Source of the DNA: an uncultured virus (IMG/VR IMGVR_UViG_3300021960_000053)
Taxonomy: Duplodnaviria; Heunggongvirae; Uroviricota; Caudoviricetes
Reading direction: 5' to 3' (one strand)
Length of the DNA: 64,000 bases
IMG/VR virus record: IMGVR_UViG_3300021960_000053
Coordinates: 1-64,000 of that record
The notes beneath the pieces were generated by a model. It was not told the origin of the DNA. It saw nothing but the letters and a program-made list of their open reading frames with translations, and made no database searches. The position numbers were made by a program, and so were the translations under genes. Positions within the stretch are counted from its first letter, which is position 1; every line of letters starts with the position of its first letter. Below, one piece after another: positions 39,982 to 48,203 of the stretch.

Positions 39982-40179
39982 TCAATACCAACGCATGCTT
40001 TTCAAGTATTCTAGCACATTCTCACGAACATCCAACAGTTCGGTGTAGCACTTTTGATTGTGGGCACACTGCCTCAGTTCTTGATCTGGTTTAAGAACAC
40101 TTTCAATAAAAAGGTCTAGACCACGATTCCATTTATCTTTTTTTGATTCGGTATCTACGATAGAATTTTGATCGTTCAT
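39982..40179 (-). CDS. Hypothetical protein
   Basis: Probable start MNDQNS, coupled to the gp43 stop. Confidence 0.7.
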   Translation of the reverse strand: MNDQNSIVDTESKKDKWNRGLDLFIESVLKPDQELRQCAHNQKCYTELLDVRENVLEYLKSMRWY

Positions 40180-42671
40180 GAGAAAAACATTTCTAGGTTT
40201 GCGGTTTTCTCCACAGACCACCCAATAGCATCTAGGATGATCCTTAGAGGTTCTAAGAATGCCTTGTCAAATTGCAAGTCATAATCAACATATTTGGAGA
40301 TGTTGAGTTCTGTTGGAAAGTCCTGAATGAAAGAGATAACATTCTCATGAATGATATTGGGTTTCTTCAGATAACAAAACTTGATCTTCTCCCCGTTTTG
40401 GATCAATGAATACTTATGGGTAAGATTTCCTTTCTTAATGTAGTGATTGTACAGGAGTGCTCCCCGAACATGAATCGGGGTTGCCTTGACATAGATGTCA
40501 GAGCTGGATTTATACTTGGTTACATCACTAACAGATCTCGGAAAAGAAATTTCCTCAGGAGCAAGTTTCTTAAACTTGCTACGGCATTGATCTATGTAGT
40601 CTATCATAGCATCTTCTGATCCTGACATCATAATTTTAAAAGATTCTTTAAGCATTTGACGACAGGGTGCAGGGGTTGATGATTTAACTGCCTCAATACC
40701 CATAACCTTCAGTTTAGGTTCAGTATATGCAACTCCCTCGCTGTTCCAAACATTAAGAATATACCGTTTCTTAGCAGTCCAAATACCACGGTCAGCGATA
40801 TTCTCCCGCTTCATACTCATTTTCTGTTCATATGCCGAAACATAATCCGCAAGTTCCTGATAGCTGGACTCGATGAATGGTTCCAACTTTTCTTGACAGA
40901 TCTTGTCAAGTATCCCCACAACTGCTGCTTTATCACCAGACTTATTACCAAAAAATTGAGTAACAAGAGGTCCAAGATTAAGATAGATTGAGTCTGTATC
41001 GCTAGCGATGACATAATCTTCGCGTTCTGTACGCAAAAGTTTATTTAGATATTCGTTCATTTTGTTCTCGATCCAGCGAATCGAGACCTGGCCAGACAGA
41101 GTGATTGCCTCAGCGTTTGCTAGTTTGAAATACCTGAAGTATTGATTACCAATGGCACCATAAGCAGAGTTAAGAGAAATCTTCTTTGCCATCTGAATGT
41201 TATTGCAGCGGGCAATCTCTTTCTTAAGGGCGTCGGTAGGAGTCTTCTCGTATTGTTGCTTGGCAGCAAGCATCTTCTTCTTAAAGATGACACGCTCACC
41301 ATACATTTTCTCCATCAGTTCGGGAAGAAATCCCTTTTTGTTCTTACGGAACATAGCACCGTTAGGACAAACGGAATAGTCCTTGTACATTTCAAAGTTG
41401 ATTTCTTCCTTCAGGATCCTTTCAACAGATGCAGTGGGATGCCGCTCCTCGATGATGGTTTCAGGGGAGATGTTGTACTGCATAATGAGATGAGGATAAA
41501 GGGAATTAAGATCAAAAGAGACCACCCAATCATACACCCCAGGATTCGGTTCCTTAACATAAGCACCCGCGTACTTTTCATCTTTGTCTGTCTGCTCCTT
41601 AGGAGGAATAACGATACCTTTCTTCTTAAGGTAGTTATAAATGATGGTATCCCACATCCTAACTTGATAGAAGACATCATTATAGTTAACTTTGGCATCA
41701 TATGCCATAGTCAGAGCGAGCTCGATCAACTTCATCTTGTCCTCAAGACGGTCTACGAGCTCCACATCGATGATGTTATATTCTACAAACTTCTGCCAAC
41801 CGTTAGTATAGAACTCTTGGAAGGTATCAAACTCGGAGTGATCAAGTTTCTTCTGACCGAGTTCTACATTAGCAATGTGGTCCAGACGATAAGATTCCTG
41901 ATTTGTATAAGTGAATTTCTTATACAGATCGAGATAATCTAGTTGTGTAATGCCCCCAATATCGTAATAAATCTGTTGACGACCCTTGATGAATACCTCT
42001 TTCTGGGACACTAGACCCCAGGGAGACAGTCTCTTAGCAAGTTTCTCACCAAGAACACGATCAATACGCTTTGCAATAAACGGGATGTCGAACAGTTGGA
42101 TGTTCCAACCAGTTACAACATCGGGAGTATTGTCCATCCACCAGTGGATGAAATCATTCAGAAGATCACGCTCATTATTGAACTGAAGATAACGAACATT
42201 ATCCTGTTTGATCTTAAATGGACCTTGACCCCAGGTAGTAATCTCCTTGGTGTTGTAGTCCTGAATAGTAATCAACAAAATCTCCTGGTCTGCTGATGCA
42301 ACATCAGGGAACCCATTCTCAGAACGGGTCTCAATATCGACCGTTACGAGACGAATCTTACTGATATCAAAGTCAATCTGATCTTGAGGATACTTATCCG
42401 AGATGTATTGATAGATGAACCGTTCGTTACCGTAGATCTTAAAGTTCTCTACCTGTGAATACTTTTTAATAAACTCCCGACAGTCAGATACCGACCCAGG
42501 TTTAATGGGTTCGACATAATCACCATCGAGAGTTTTGTAGAAAGTTTCTTTCTTTGCGGGAACAAAGAGAGTGGGTTGATATTTTTCACGAAACTGAATG
42601 TACTCACCATTTTCATAACCACGAACGAGGAACTGGTCCCCAATCATTTGTACATTAGTATAGAATTTCAT
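40176..42671 (-). CDS. gp43: Family B DNA polymerase (T4 gp43)
   Basis: DIET exonuclease, FDLNSLYP, KISLNSAYG, SDTDS. Confidence 0.98.
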   Translation of the reverse strand: MKFYTNVQMIGDQFLVRGYENGEYIQFREKYQPTLFVPAKKETFYKTLDGDYVEPIKPGSVSDCREFIKKYSQVENFKIYGNERFIYQYISDKYPQDQIDFDISKIRLVTVDIETRSENGFPDVASADQEILLITIQDYNTKEITTWGQGPFKIKQDNVRYLQFNNERDLLNDFIHWWMDNTPDVVTGWNIQLFDIPFIAKRIDRVLGEKLAKRLSPWGLVSQKEVFIKGRQQIYYDIGGITQLDYLDLYKKFTYTNQESYRLDHIANVELGQKKLDHSEFDTFQEFYTNGWQKFVEYNIIDVELVDRLEDKMKLIELALTMAYDAKVNYNDVFYQVRMWDTIIYNYLKKKGIVIPPKEQTDKDEKYAGAYVKEPNPGVYDWVVSFDLNSLYPHLIMQYNISPETIIEERHPTASVERILKEEINFEMYKDYSVCPNGAMFRKNKKGFLPELMEKMYGERVIFKKKMLAAKQQYEKTPTDALKKEIARCNNIQMAKKISLNSAYGAIGNQYFRYFKLANAEAITLSGQVSIRWIENKMNEYLNKLLRTEREDYVIASDTDSIYLNLGPLVTQFFGNKSGDKAAVVGILDKICQEKLEPFIESSYQELADYVSAYEQKMSMKRENIADRGIWTAKKRYILNVWNSEGVAYTEPKLKVMGIEAVKSSTPAPCRQMLKESFKIMMSGSEDAMIDYIDQCRSKFKKLAPEEISFPRSVSDVTKYKSSSDIYVKATPIHVRGALLYNHYIKKGNLTHKYSLIQNGEKIKFCYLKKPNIIHENVISFIQDFPTELNISKYVDYDLQFDKAFLEPLRIILDAIGWSVEKTANLEMFFS

Positions 42672-42964
42672 TCACCAAGAAGTTCGTTGTATGCTTGAAG
42701 GATAAAAGATTCTGGATCAACCAGGGTTAGGATAGTATCACTTTGGATTCTACACTTTTTCTGAGAACTCAACTTCATTATAGTCCATGGTTTCAGACGA
42801 TCTTTGTATGGACCATCATAGTCCTCATCTTGAGGGATAAACTCATAAGGATTTGTAAGTTCGCAGTCTGGTTCTCCAATGTCAGCACCATAAACCTCTT
42901 CGACGCCAGCGATGAGACATTTATAGTCTTCTTTAAGAACAATAACTTTAACTGATGGCATCAA
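42668..42964 (-). CDS. Hypothetical protein (possible Sm-like fold)
   Basis: 98-aa ORF. Confidence 0.7.
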   Translation of the reverse strand: MMPSVKVIVLKEDYKCLIAGVEEVYGADIGEPDCELTNPYEFIPQDEDYDGPYKDRLKPWTIMKLSSQKKCRIQSDTILTLVDPESFILQAYNELLGE

Positions 42965-43259
42965 TCAACTCCCTGTACATATTTTTAAGATCAGCAACTG
43001 GTTCAAAAACCGTTTGAACTGAACTAGGATTGACAATAAAACTAGTGTCAGTGGTTAATGGTTGCCAAGTAGCAAGAGAAACTTGAGAGGTATTATTAAG
43101 TTCCTCCGAAGAATCTTCCATTAGTGTCATTGTAGGTTGCAGGATGACACGGTATGGATTATTGAAAAGATATTGACGAGTTTTATCTTCAGGATCAACC
43201 AATTCTTTAATATCAGCAATGATTTTATCATTGCCAATCACAGCGACTCTAACCGACAT
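42948..43259 (-). CDS. Hypothetical protein (possible Sm-like fold)
   Basis: Probable start MSVRVAV. Confidence 0.7.
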   Translation of the reverse strand: MSVRVAVIGNDKIIADIKELVDPEDKTRQYLFNNPYRVILQPTMTLMEDSSEELNNTSQVSLATWQPLTTDTSFIVNPSSVQTVFEPVADLKNMYRELIDAIS

Positions 43260-43292
43260 AATAGACTTTTTACCTCTTACTAGTATAACATG

Positions 43293-43316
43293 AAAAAGGG
43301 GGGCGATCAACCCCCC
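43293..43316 (-). terminator. Terminator after hsp20, overlapping a TTGATC-N17-TATACT promoter
   Basis: GGGGGG-TTGATCG-CCCCCC-TTTTT. Confidence 0.75.
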
Positions 43317-43321
43317 GATAT

Positions 43322-43756
43322 TTAGAACCAGTCCTTACGCTTATGCGCCTCTGGGACAATCTTCCCAAGAGTCACTGTCAAAAGACCATCCTCAAAGGTC
43401 ACATCCCTAACTTCCGTCTCATCAGAGAGCGTCCAGACCCTCGTAAAGGACCTCTGCGCCAGTCCCTTGTGGGAGAAGATGGTATCGGTCTCTTTGTCCT
43501 CCTTCTGCCCCTCTACGAAGAGTTTACCAGCCTCCGTATAGACAGACACCTCCGCCTTCCTAAATCCTGCTAAGGCGACTTCCAGCTTACATTCAGTATT
43601 GCTGATGTTGTAGAGGTTATATGGGGGATAATTAGAAGTAGTTTCGTGTAGTTTGAAGATACGATCGAAATAATCATCCATGCCAATGCTATTGCGTGTG
43701 ATCTTATCCATCAAAGCAGAAAGATCCGACGCATTATACCGTGCAAGGTTTGCCAT
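43322..43756 (-). CDS. hsp20: Small heat-shock protein
   Basis: NYPPYN, EVALAGF, HKGLAQRSF, DGLL; start MANL after GGAG. Confidence 0.95.
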   Translation of the reverse strand: MANLARYNASDLSALMDKITRNSIGMDDYFDRIFKLHETTSNYPPYNLYNISNTECKLEVALAGFRKAEVSVYTEAGKLFVEGQKEDKETDTIFSHKGLAQRSFTRVWTLSDETEVRDVTFEDGLLTVTLGKIVPEAHKRKDWF

Positions 43757-43835
43757 TATGGTAGCTCCTTTAAAAGCGAGTTTGTGTTGTGTGGACCCTT
43801 TCGGCATCCAATACTAATTATAATAGTTTGCATTA

Positions 43836-43858
43836 AAAAGGGGGTGTTGGTAACCCCC
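43836..43858 (-). terminator. Terminator downstream of regA
   Basis: GGGGGT-TACCAAC-ACCCCC-TTTTT. Confidence 0.75.
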
Positions 43859-43915
43859 ATAAAGTAGCGTATATTCCGTATGTATAGAGTCGCGCACGAA
43901 ATGGCGACGAACTAT

Positions 43916-44359
43916 TTATACGGTTTCTTCTCCTTCTACCTTAGTCTTGCGACCAATGTTATATTTTGTTTCAAGCACCCAGTTGTTCTTATCCTTGTAA
44001 GAAAGAACTTTAATTTGATTAAGAGGAGCAATGTCCTGAATCTTTTCAGCATCAACGACAGTAATCAGACCCCAATCAGCAAGGAGTTGGGAAATTCTAT
44101 TACGACGCTGGACATCGTTGACAGTAAGATTTGCTTTCTTACCGTCAAGAGCAAACAGTTCTTTGAAATGGACGATGTAATATCTACCCTGCTTGTGAAG
44201 AATGTGGCAGGATTGATACAGTTTCTTTTCCTTTCTGGATGCTACACCGATTCTGGTCAGGGTCTCTCGCACCTTCAGGAAATCATCAGGTTCACTCAGA
44301 GAAACTTCAATCATCTTCTCGGGCGACCAATCAACGGTCGGTTCAACAACGACGCTCAT
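43916..44359 (-). CDS. regA: Translational repressor RegA
   Basis: DDFLKVRETLTRIG, LYQSCHILHKQG.YYIVHFKE. Confidence 0.97.
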   Translation of the reverse strand: MSVVVEPTVDWSPEKMIEVSLSEPDDFLKVRETLTRIGVASRKEKKLYQSCHILHKQGRYYIVHFKELFALDGKKANLTVNDVQRRNRISQLLADWGLITVVDAEKIQDIAPLNQIKVLSYKDKNNWVLETKYNIGRKTKVEGEETV

Positions 44360-44383
44360 CTCAATTAATGAAAAATGTTTGTA

Positions 44384-45214
44384 TTATTTATCTAAACTTT
44401 TCTTGACTTCGTTAAGAGCTTCCTGAAGAATTCTCCTTGGTTCTTCATATGTCATTTTGATCAACCATTTTTTATCCCAAAATTCGTCTAGTTTACAACT
44501 CTTACCAGTAAAATCCTCATAGATTCCTAAGAAAAGACTAAACAATCCCCATTGACTTGACGGAAAATATGCGGGGGAAAGGCAAACAAAGATGGCATCA
44601 TATTCATAGTTTCCATGATCATATTGCTCTTTAAAACAGGTTTCCCATTTACAAGGATTACCAACATAATCACAGATAAACTTATTGAAAGGAGTACGAG
44701 TATCTTCATCTGCCTTAGAATCATTATTTCTGATCCAAGTCATACTATCCAACTTGTTCTGGGAATGCAAATATCCTCCCCAGCTCCCCTCATCAACTTT
44801 ACCAAAAGCTTTTGTCATCTCATATTCTAAAATATGACCAGCCATATGTTGCTGTTCATCTCCAGCACAGTCTTCATCAACATAACACCCTGCTAAGAAA
44901 TCATCGTGGTGATCAATATTGACAATCTCAATATGATCTTTGTCATGTAGATATTCCAGAATATAATCATGATCCATTCCAAACCAAACATGAGCATTTG
45001 GACTGGCGACAAGTGCTTTAGTAAATGTATCTAAAAGATATTCTAAGCATTCTTCATCGATTATTTTTTCCCTGGTGTTTAGAGAAGGATACCTCAGAAA
45101 ATAATAATACCATTTTGTAAATGGATGCCACTCAGAAAACATTTCATTGTCTTCATTTGGCCATTCATCTACAGTGGGAAAAGCATAATCAATATCAATG
45201 CTTAAGACTTTCAT
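44384..45214 (-). CDS. Putative metallohydrolase (arginase/deacetylase fold, UPF0489-like)
   Basis: LSIDIDY, DH, NIDHHDD, FVCLSPAY. Confidence 0.55.
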   Translation of the reverse strand: MKVLSIDIDYAFPTVDEWPNEDNEMFSEWHPFTKWYYYFLRYPSLNTREKIIDEECLEYLLDTFTKALVASPNAHVWFGMDHDYILEYLHDKDHIEIVNIDHHDDFLAGCYVDEDCAGDEQQHMAGHILEYEMTKAFGKVDEGSWGGYLHSQNKLDSMTWIRNNDSKADEDTRTPFNKFICDYVGNPCKWETCFKEQYDHGNYEYDAIFVCLSPAYFPSSQWGLFSLFLGIYEDFTGKSCKLDEFWDKKWLIKMTYEEPRRILQEALNEVKKSLDK

Positions 45215-45591
45215 TTTTTAATACCACCTGTATCCATTTTCTTATGGATGAATTTGATTTGCTCTGGCGAGAGAATCTTAAGTGCTTGTTGTGCCTTTTC
45301 GTTACTGTACCCGTAGTATTTTTTTACTACTTCGAGGTCAGCAATCTTCTCTTGCTTCAACCAGGGAGAGAATCTCTTCTTCTTTCTCAGACTATGTAGC
45401 ATGAAATGGTACTGCATGTCTTTGTTAAGATGAGTATTCTTATTCATCTCATTGGCAAACAAGATGGCATCGATGTGTCCAGACATACAACGATTCACGA
45501 TGTAAGCAGGATACTTTTTGCATGCCTCAGGATCTTCACTAAGGTCCTGCTTGTTTGTGTTAATAGAGTTCAACCAGTCTTTCAGTTCCAT
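45211..45591 (-). CDS. gp62: Clamp loader small subunit (T4 gp62)
   Basis: ANEMN, RKKKRFSPW, YYGYSNEKA; position. Confidence 0.92.
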   Translation of the reverse strand: MELKDWLNSINTNKQDLSEDPEACKKYPAYIVNRCMSGHIDAILFANEMNKNTHLNKDMQYHFMLHSLRKKKRFSPWLKQEKIADLEVVKKYYGYSNEKAQQALKILSPEQIKFIHKKMDTGGIKK

Positions 45592-45592
45592 A

Positions 45593-46444
45593 TCAATAAT
45601 TAACCAAAACGAGTTCTTTACGATCTTGTTGTTCCCGCATATACTGACCAACCGAACGCATGGTATAGGTCAGATCAAACTCAGATGCTTTCCAGTTAGT
45701 GAACCGATCTTTAACGAGTTGACTTGAGTTGTAACTTACAAGACTATCTATCTTACAAGCAGAGCAGTCAGCAGCAAACTTATCGTGATCAAATCCTTTG
45801 TGCATTGATCCTTTACGACCATAAAGATTGTCTTTGATGTCGTAAGGCGGATCAAGATAGATAAAGATCTTTTGATCTACAAGACCGAAGCACTTGTCTG
45901 GAGATTCATCCAGAAGATAATCGTAAGAGTAGTTTGTGATATTCCAGTTCTTGATTAGTTCTGAGTAGAAGGGCAGTTTGTCAATTCCCCTGAAGGAGAA
46001 GTTTGAGTCACTTGCTTGGGCAGAGAATGAACTGGATTCAGTAAGACCTGAGAAAGAGCATTTATTAACAACATAGAAGGAAACAGCACGCTGGAAATTT
46101 TCACTGTCTTCCAGAGGTCTAGCAAGATATGCTTTGGCGTCAAGGAATAAGTTTTTAGCACTTGCAGGATCAACATGGCGTTGTTTAAGTTGATTTAGTT
46201 CATCTCTCATCTCACGACCAAACATCTGGAGTTGCTGCCAGAAGTTGACCAGAGGTTCATAAAGGTCATTGACCCATACCCTGCTGTCAGGGTAACGCTT
46301 AGTCCATTCGATAGCGAAGGAACCGCCACCTAGGAAAGGTTCCCTCAGTTCATCATACTCCTTGTCGGGGATATAAGAGAAAAGTTTTTGTACGGCACGA
46401 GACTTGCCGCCAGGATAACGAAGGGGGGTTTTCAAAGATTTCAT
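45593..46444 (-). CDS. dam: DNA adenine methyltransferase (D12 class)
   Basis: LRYPGGKS, EPFLGGGS, YLDPPY. Confidence 0.93.
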   Translation of the reverse strand: MKSLKTPLRYPGGKSRAVQKLFSYIPDKEYDELREPFLGGGSFAIEWTKRYPDSRVWVNDLYEPLVNFWQQLQMFGREMRDELNQLKQRHVDPASAKNLFLDAKAYLARPLEDSENFQRAVSFYVVNKCSFSGLTESSSFSAQASDSNFSFRGIDKLPFYSELIKNWNITNYSYDYLLDESPDKCFGLVDQKIFIYLDPPYDIKDNLYGRKGSMHKGFDHDKFAADCSACKIDSLVSYNSSQLVKDRFTNWKASEFDLTYTMRSVGQYMREQQDRKELVLVNY

Positions 46445-47076
46445 TCAAAAAATTCCATTACGGTTTGCTTCTGTGGGAAGAAGAAGTCTGGATATGCTTC
46501 GATCAGTTTAACATCATACATGCAAGAAATCAACATGTCTCTGATCTGAAAATCAGGTTTTTTTCTAACTTTGAACGAACGATCCAGAACAGGACTCTTA
46601 CTCTGAATAAACCACCCATTTTCATCAATAGGAATAAGATTGGCAGGGATCTTCCAAATCATTTCTCTCAGCGGTGTGACTAAAACATGATAGAAGACAT
46701 CAATACTATCTGGTCCATAAAAACATTTAGATGGATCAGATTTAGATCCAGAAGACTGAAACCTAAAGTCAAAAGTATCTCTTCTAACTTCGATACCGCG
46801 ACGGACTCTTAGACCAGTATCGATTTTAGCTTTCCAAGCAACCTTCTTAACCTGAGCTCTTTCAATCTTTCTCGGATCGTCACCTTGAACCCACCAATCA
46901 GTTCCTTGATCGACGAGAGGTTTTCCGAAATTAATTTTGTTTTTTAAAAAATACTTTGCAACGATATGCTCCGCTGCTTCTCCGATAAAAACGGTATCCG
47001 AATTCTTTCTATCAAATTCAGTATCAAACTCCTCGGGAAGCAGAGGGGGCATAAACGCAGGGACAATAATAGACAT
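46441..47076 (-). CDS. PD-(D/E)XK (QxK variant) putative homing endonuclease
   Basis: GEAAE...KPLVD.GTDW...RAQVK. Confidence 0.7.
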   Translation of the reverse strand: MSIIVPAFMPPLLPEEFDTEFDRKNSDTVFIGEAAEHIVAKYFLKNKINFGKPLVDQGTDWWVQGDDPRKIERAQVKKVAWKAKIDTGLRVRRGIEVRRDTFDFRFQSSGSKSDPSKCFYGPDSIDVFYHVLVTPLREMIWKIPANLIPIDENGWFIQSKSPVLDRSFKVRKKPDFQIRDMLISCMYDVKLIEAYPDFFFPQKQTVMEFFE

Positions 47077-47135
47077 AACTTAAAATATAAAAGAAATAAC
47101 AGAACACACATTGCTGAGTGTTCTGTTATTTATAC

Positions 47136-47159
47136 AAAAAAACCACCAAAGTTGGTGGT
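47136..47159 (-). terminator. Terminator immediately followed by late promoter TATAAATA (47127-47134)
   Basis: ACCACCAA-CT-TTGGTGGT-TTTTT. Confidence 0.7.
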
Positions 47160-47193
47160 GTTAGTATTTGTTAACAATTACTTAAACTTGCAC

Positions 47194-47823
47194 TCAACCA
47201 TAAACAACTTTGAATTTTTCATAATCTTTTTTTAGTTCCGATACTCTTATTCCAGTTTTGTCAGGTAAATGTTCTACAGGAATCATCCAAACTGTGTCAT
47301 CTATAACACTAATGAATGCCATATAATCAACGATCTCCCTATACGGTATCCTATCAGTATGATTGGTCATGAGATGAAACTGTGCTTTTGCTGAGGAATA
47401 CTGTGCAGTTGATTTTACCTGAACTCTTTCAAAATTTTTTCCATCTTTTGATATGATAAAATCAGATCCCCAAATATCTTCAACTGGTTTATAAACTTGA
47501 TAACCCTTCACCATCATCAAATTTTTAAACTTATCTTCACAAATTCTTCCAAGACCTTTTCTTAGAGTGGCAATTTTTACATCCTCAGGATTAAACAAAC
47601 TGTTTTTAAGAACTTGATTTGTGCCAATTATTTCTTGATACTTTTTCTTTGCCTCAATAATTGCTTCATCTTTATTTCTAGTTTTAAGCGACCAATGTCC
47701 CCCTCTCCGCCACCCTGATTTTTTTAGAATACGAAGATACCAAGTTGGTTGACCATATCTTTGAAAGATACTTGCATCGGGGTCATTATTGAATGACTCT
47801 ACATTTTGGAAAACCTCGCTCAT
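47194..47823 (-). CDS. PD-(D/E)XK (QxK variant) putative homing endonuclease with N-terminal arm-like domain
   Basis: GRICE...KPVED..GSDFII...RVQVKS. Confidence 0.7.
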   Translation of the reverse strand: MSEVFQNVESFNNDPDASIFQRYGQPTWYLRILKKSGWRRGGHWSLKTRNKDEAIIEAKKKYQEIIGTNQVLKNSLFNPEDVKIATLRKGLGRICEDKFKNLMMVKGYQVYKPVEDIWGSDFIISKDGKNFERVQVKSTAQYSSAKAQFHLMTNHTDRIPYREIVDYMAFISVIDDTVWMIPVEHLPDKTGIRVSELKKDYEKFKVVYG

Positions 47824-48203
47824 TTAAAATTACATTCCATAAGATATTTTTCTGCCATTTTAATTCCAGCAAGAGTATCACCAAGATTACCAATGGCAGA
47901 ATTACACTGATAACATAACCAACCTCTAAATTTATTGGTTTGATGATCGTGGTCAAAAACTAACATTTCAGTTGTTTTTCCACAACATCTGCATGGAGTA
48001 CCAAGAGGAGGTCTTTCCATATTCAACTCTTGCATGAGTTTTTTTGCCTGAGATGAATGTGCTTTCCCCCCTACTCTACGACAAACTTTACACTCGCTGC
48101 GGTATCTTTTAGGATAAAGTTTGCCATTTACTATTCTTTCAGAATGACATAGATGAAATTCACTCAAAGGTTTAGTTTTGCCACATATGCGACACTCTTT
48201 CAT
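47820..48203 (-). CDS. Endonuclease VII-like (His-Me finger) putative homing endonuclease
   Basis: CRIC..CKVC Zn finger, CRCC..DHDH..FRGWLCYQCNSAIG. Confidence 0.88.
   Translation of the reverse strand: MKECRICGKTKPLSEFHLCHSERIVNGKLYPKRYRSECKVCRRVGGKAHSSQAKKLMQELNMERPPLGTPCRCCGKTTEMLVFDHDHQTNKFRGWLCYQCNSAIGNLGDTLAGIKMAEKYLMECNFK

Noticed and set aside
25028..42671. Introns or inteins in nrdA, nrdB, gp41, gp43 (and psbA)
   Set aside because: All are continuous ORFs of ordinary length with no splicing motifs seen.
46441..46461. Possible third gp44-end relic (ATGGAATTTTTTGAATGA, MEFFE*) before dam
   Set aside because: Needs a gap and is AT-rich; too weak to count, though its position fits the pattern.
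45593..47076. dam plus adjacent nuclease as a type II restriction-modification pair
   Set aside because: Orphan dam near gp44/gp62 is common in T4-like cyanophages and the nuclease resembles homing types; cannot be excluded without assay.
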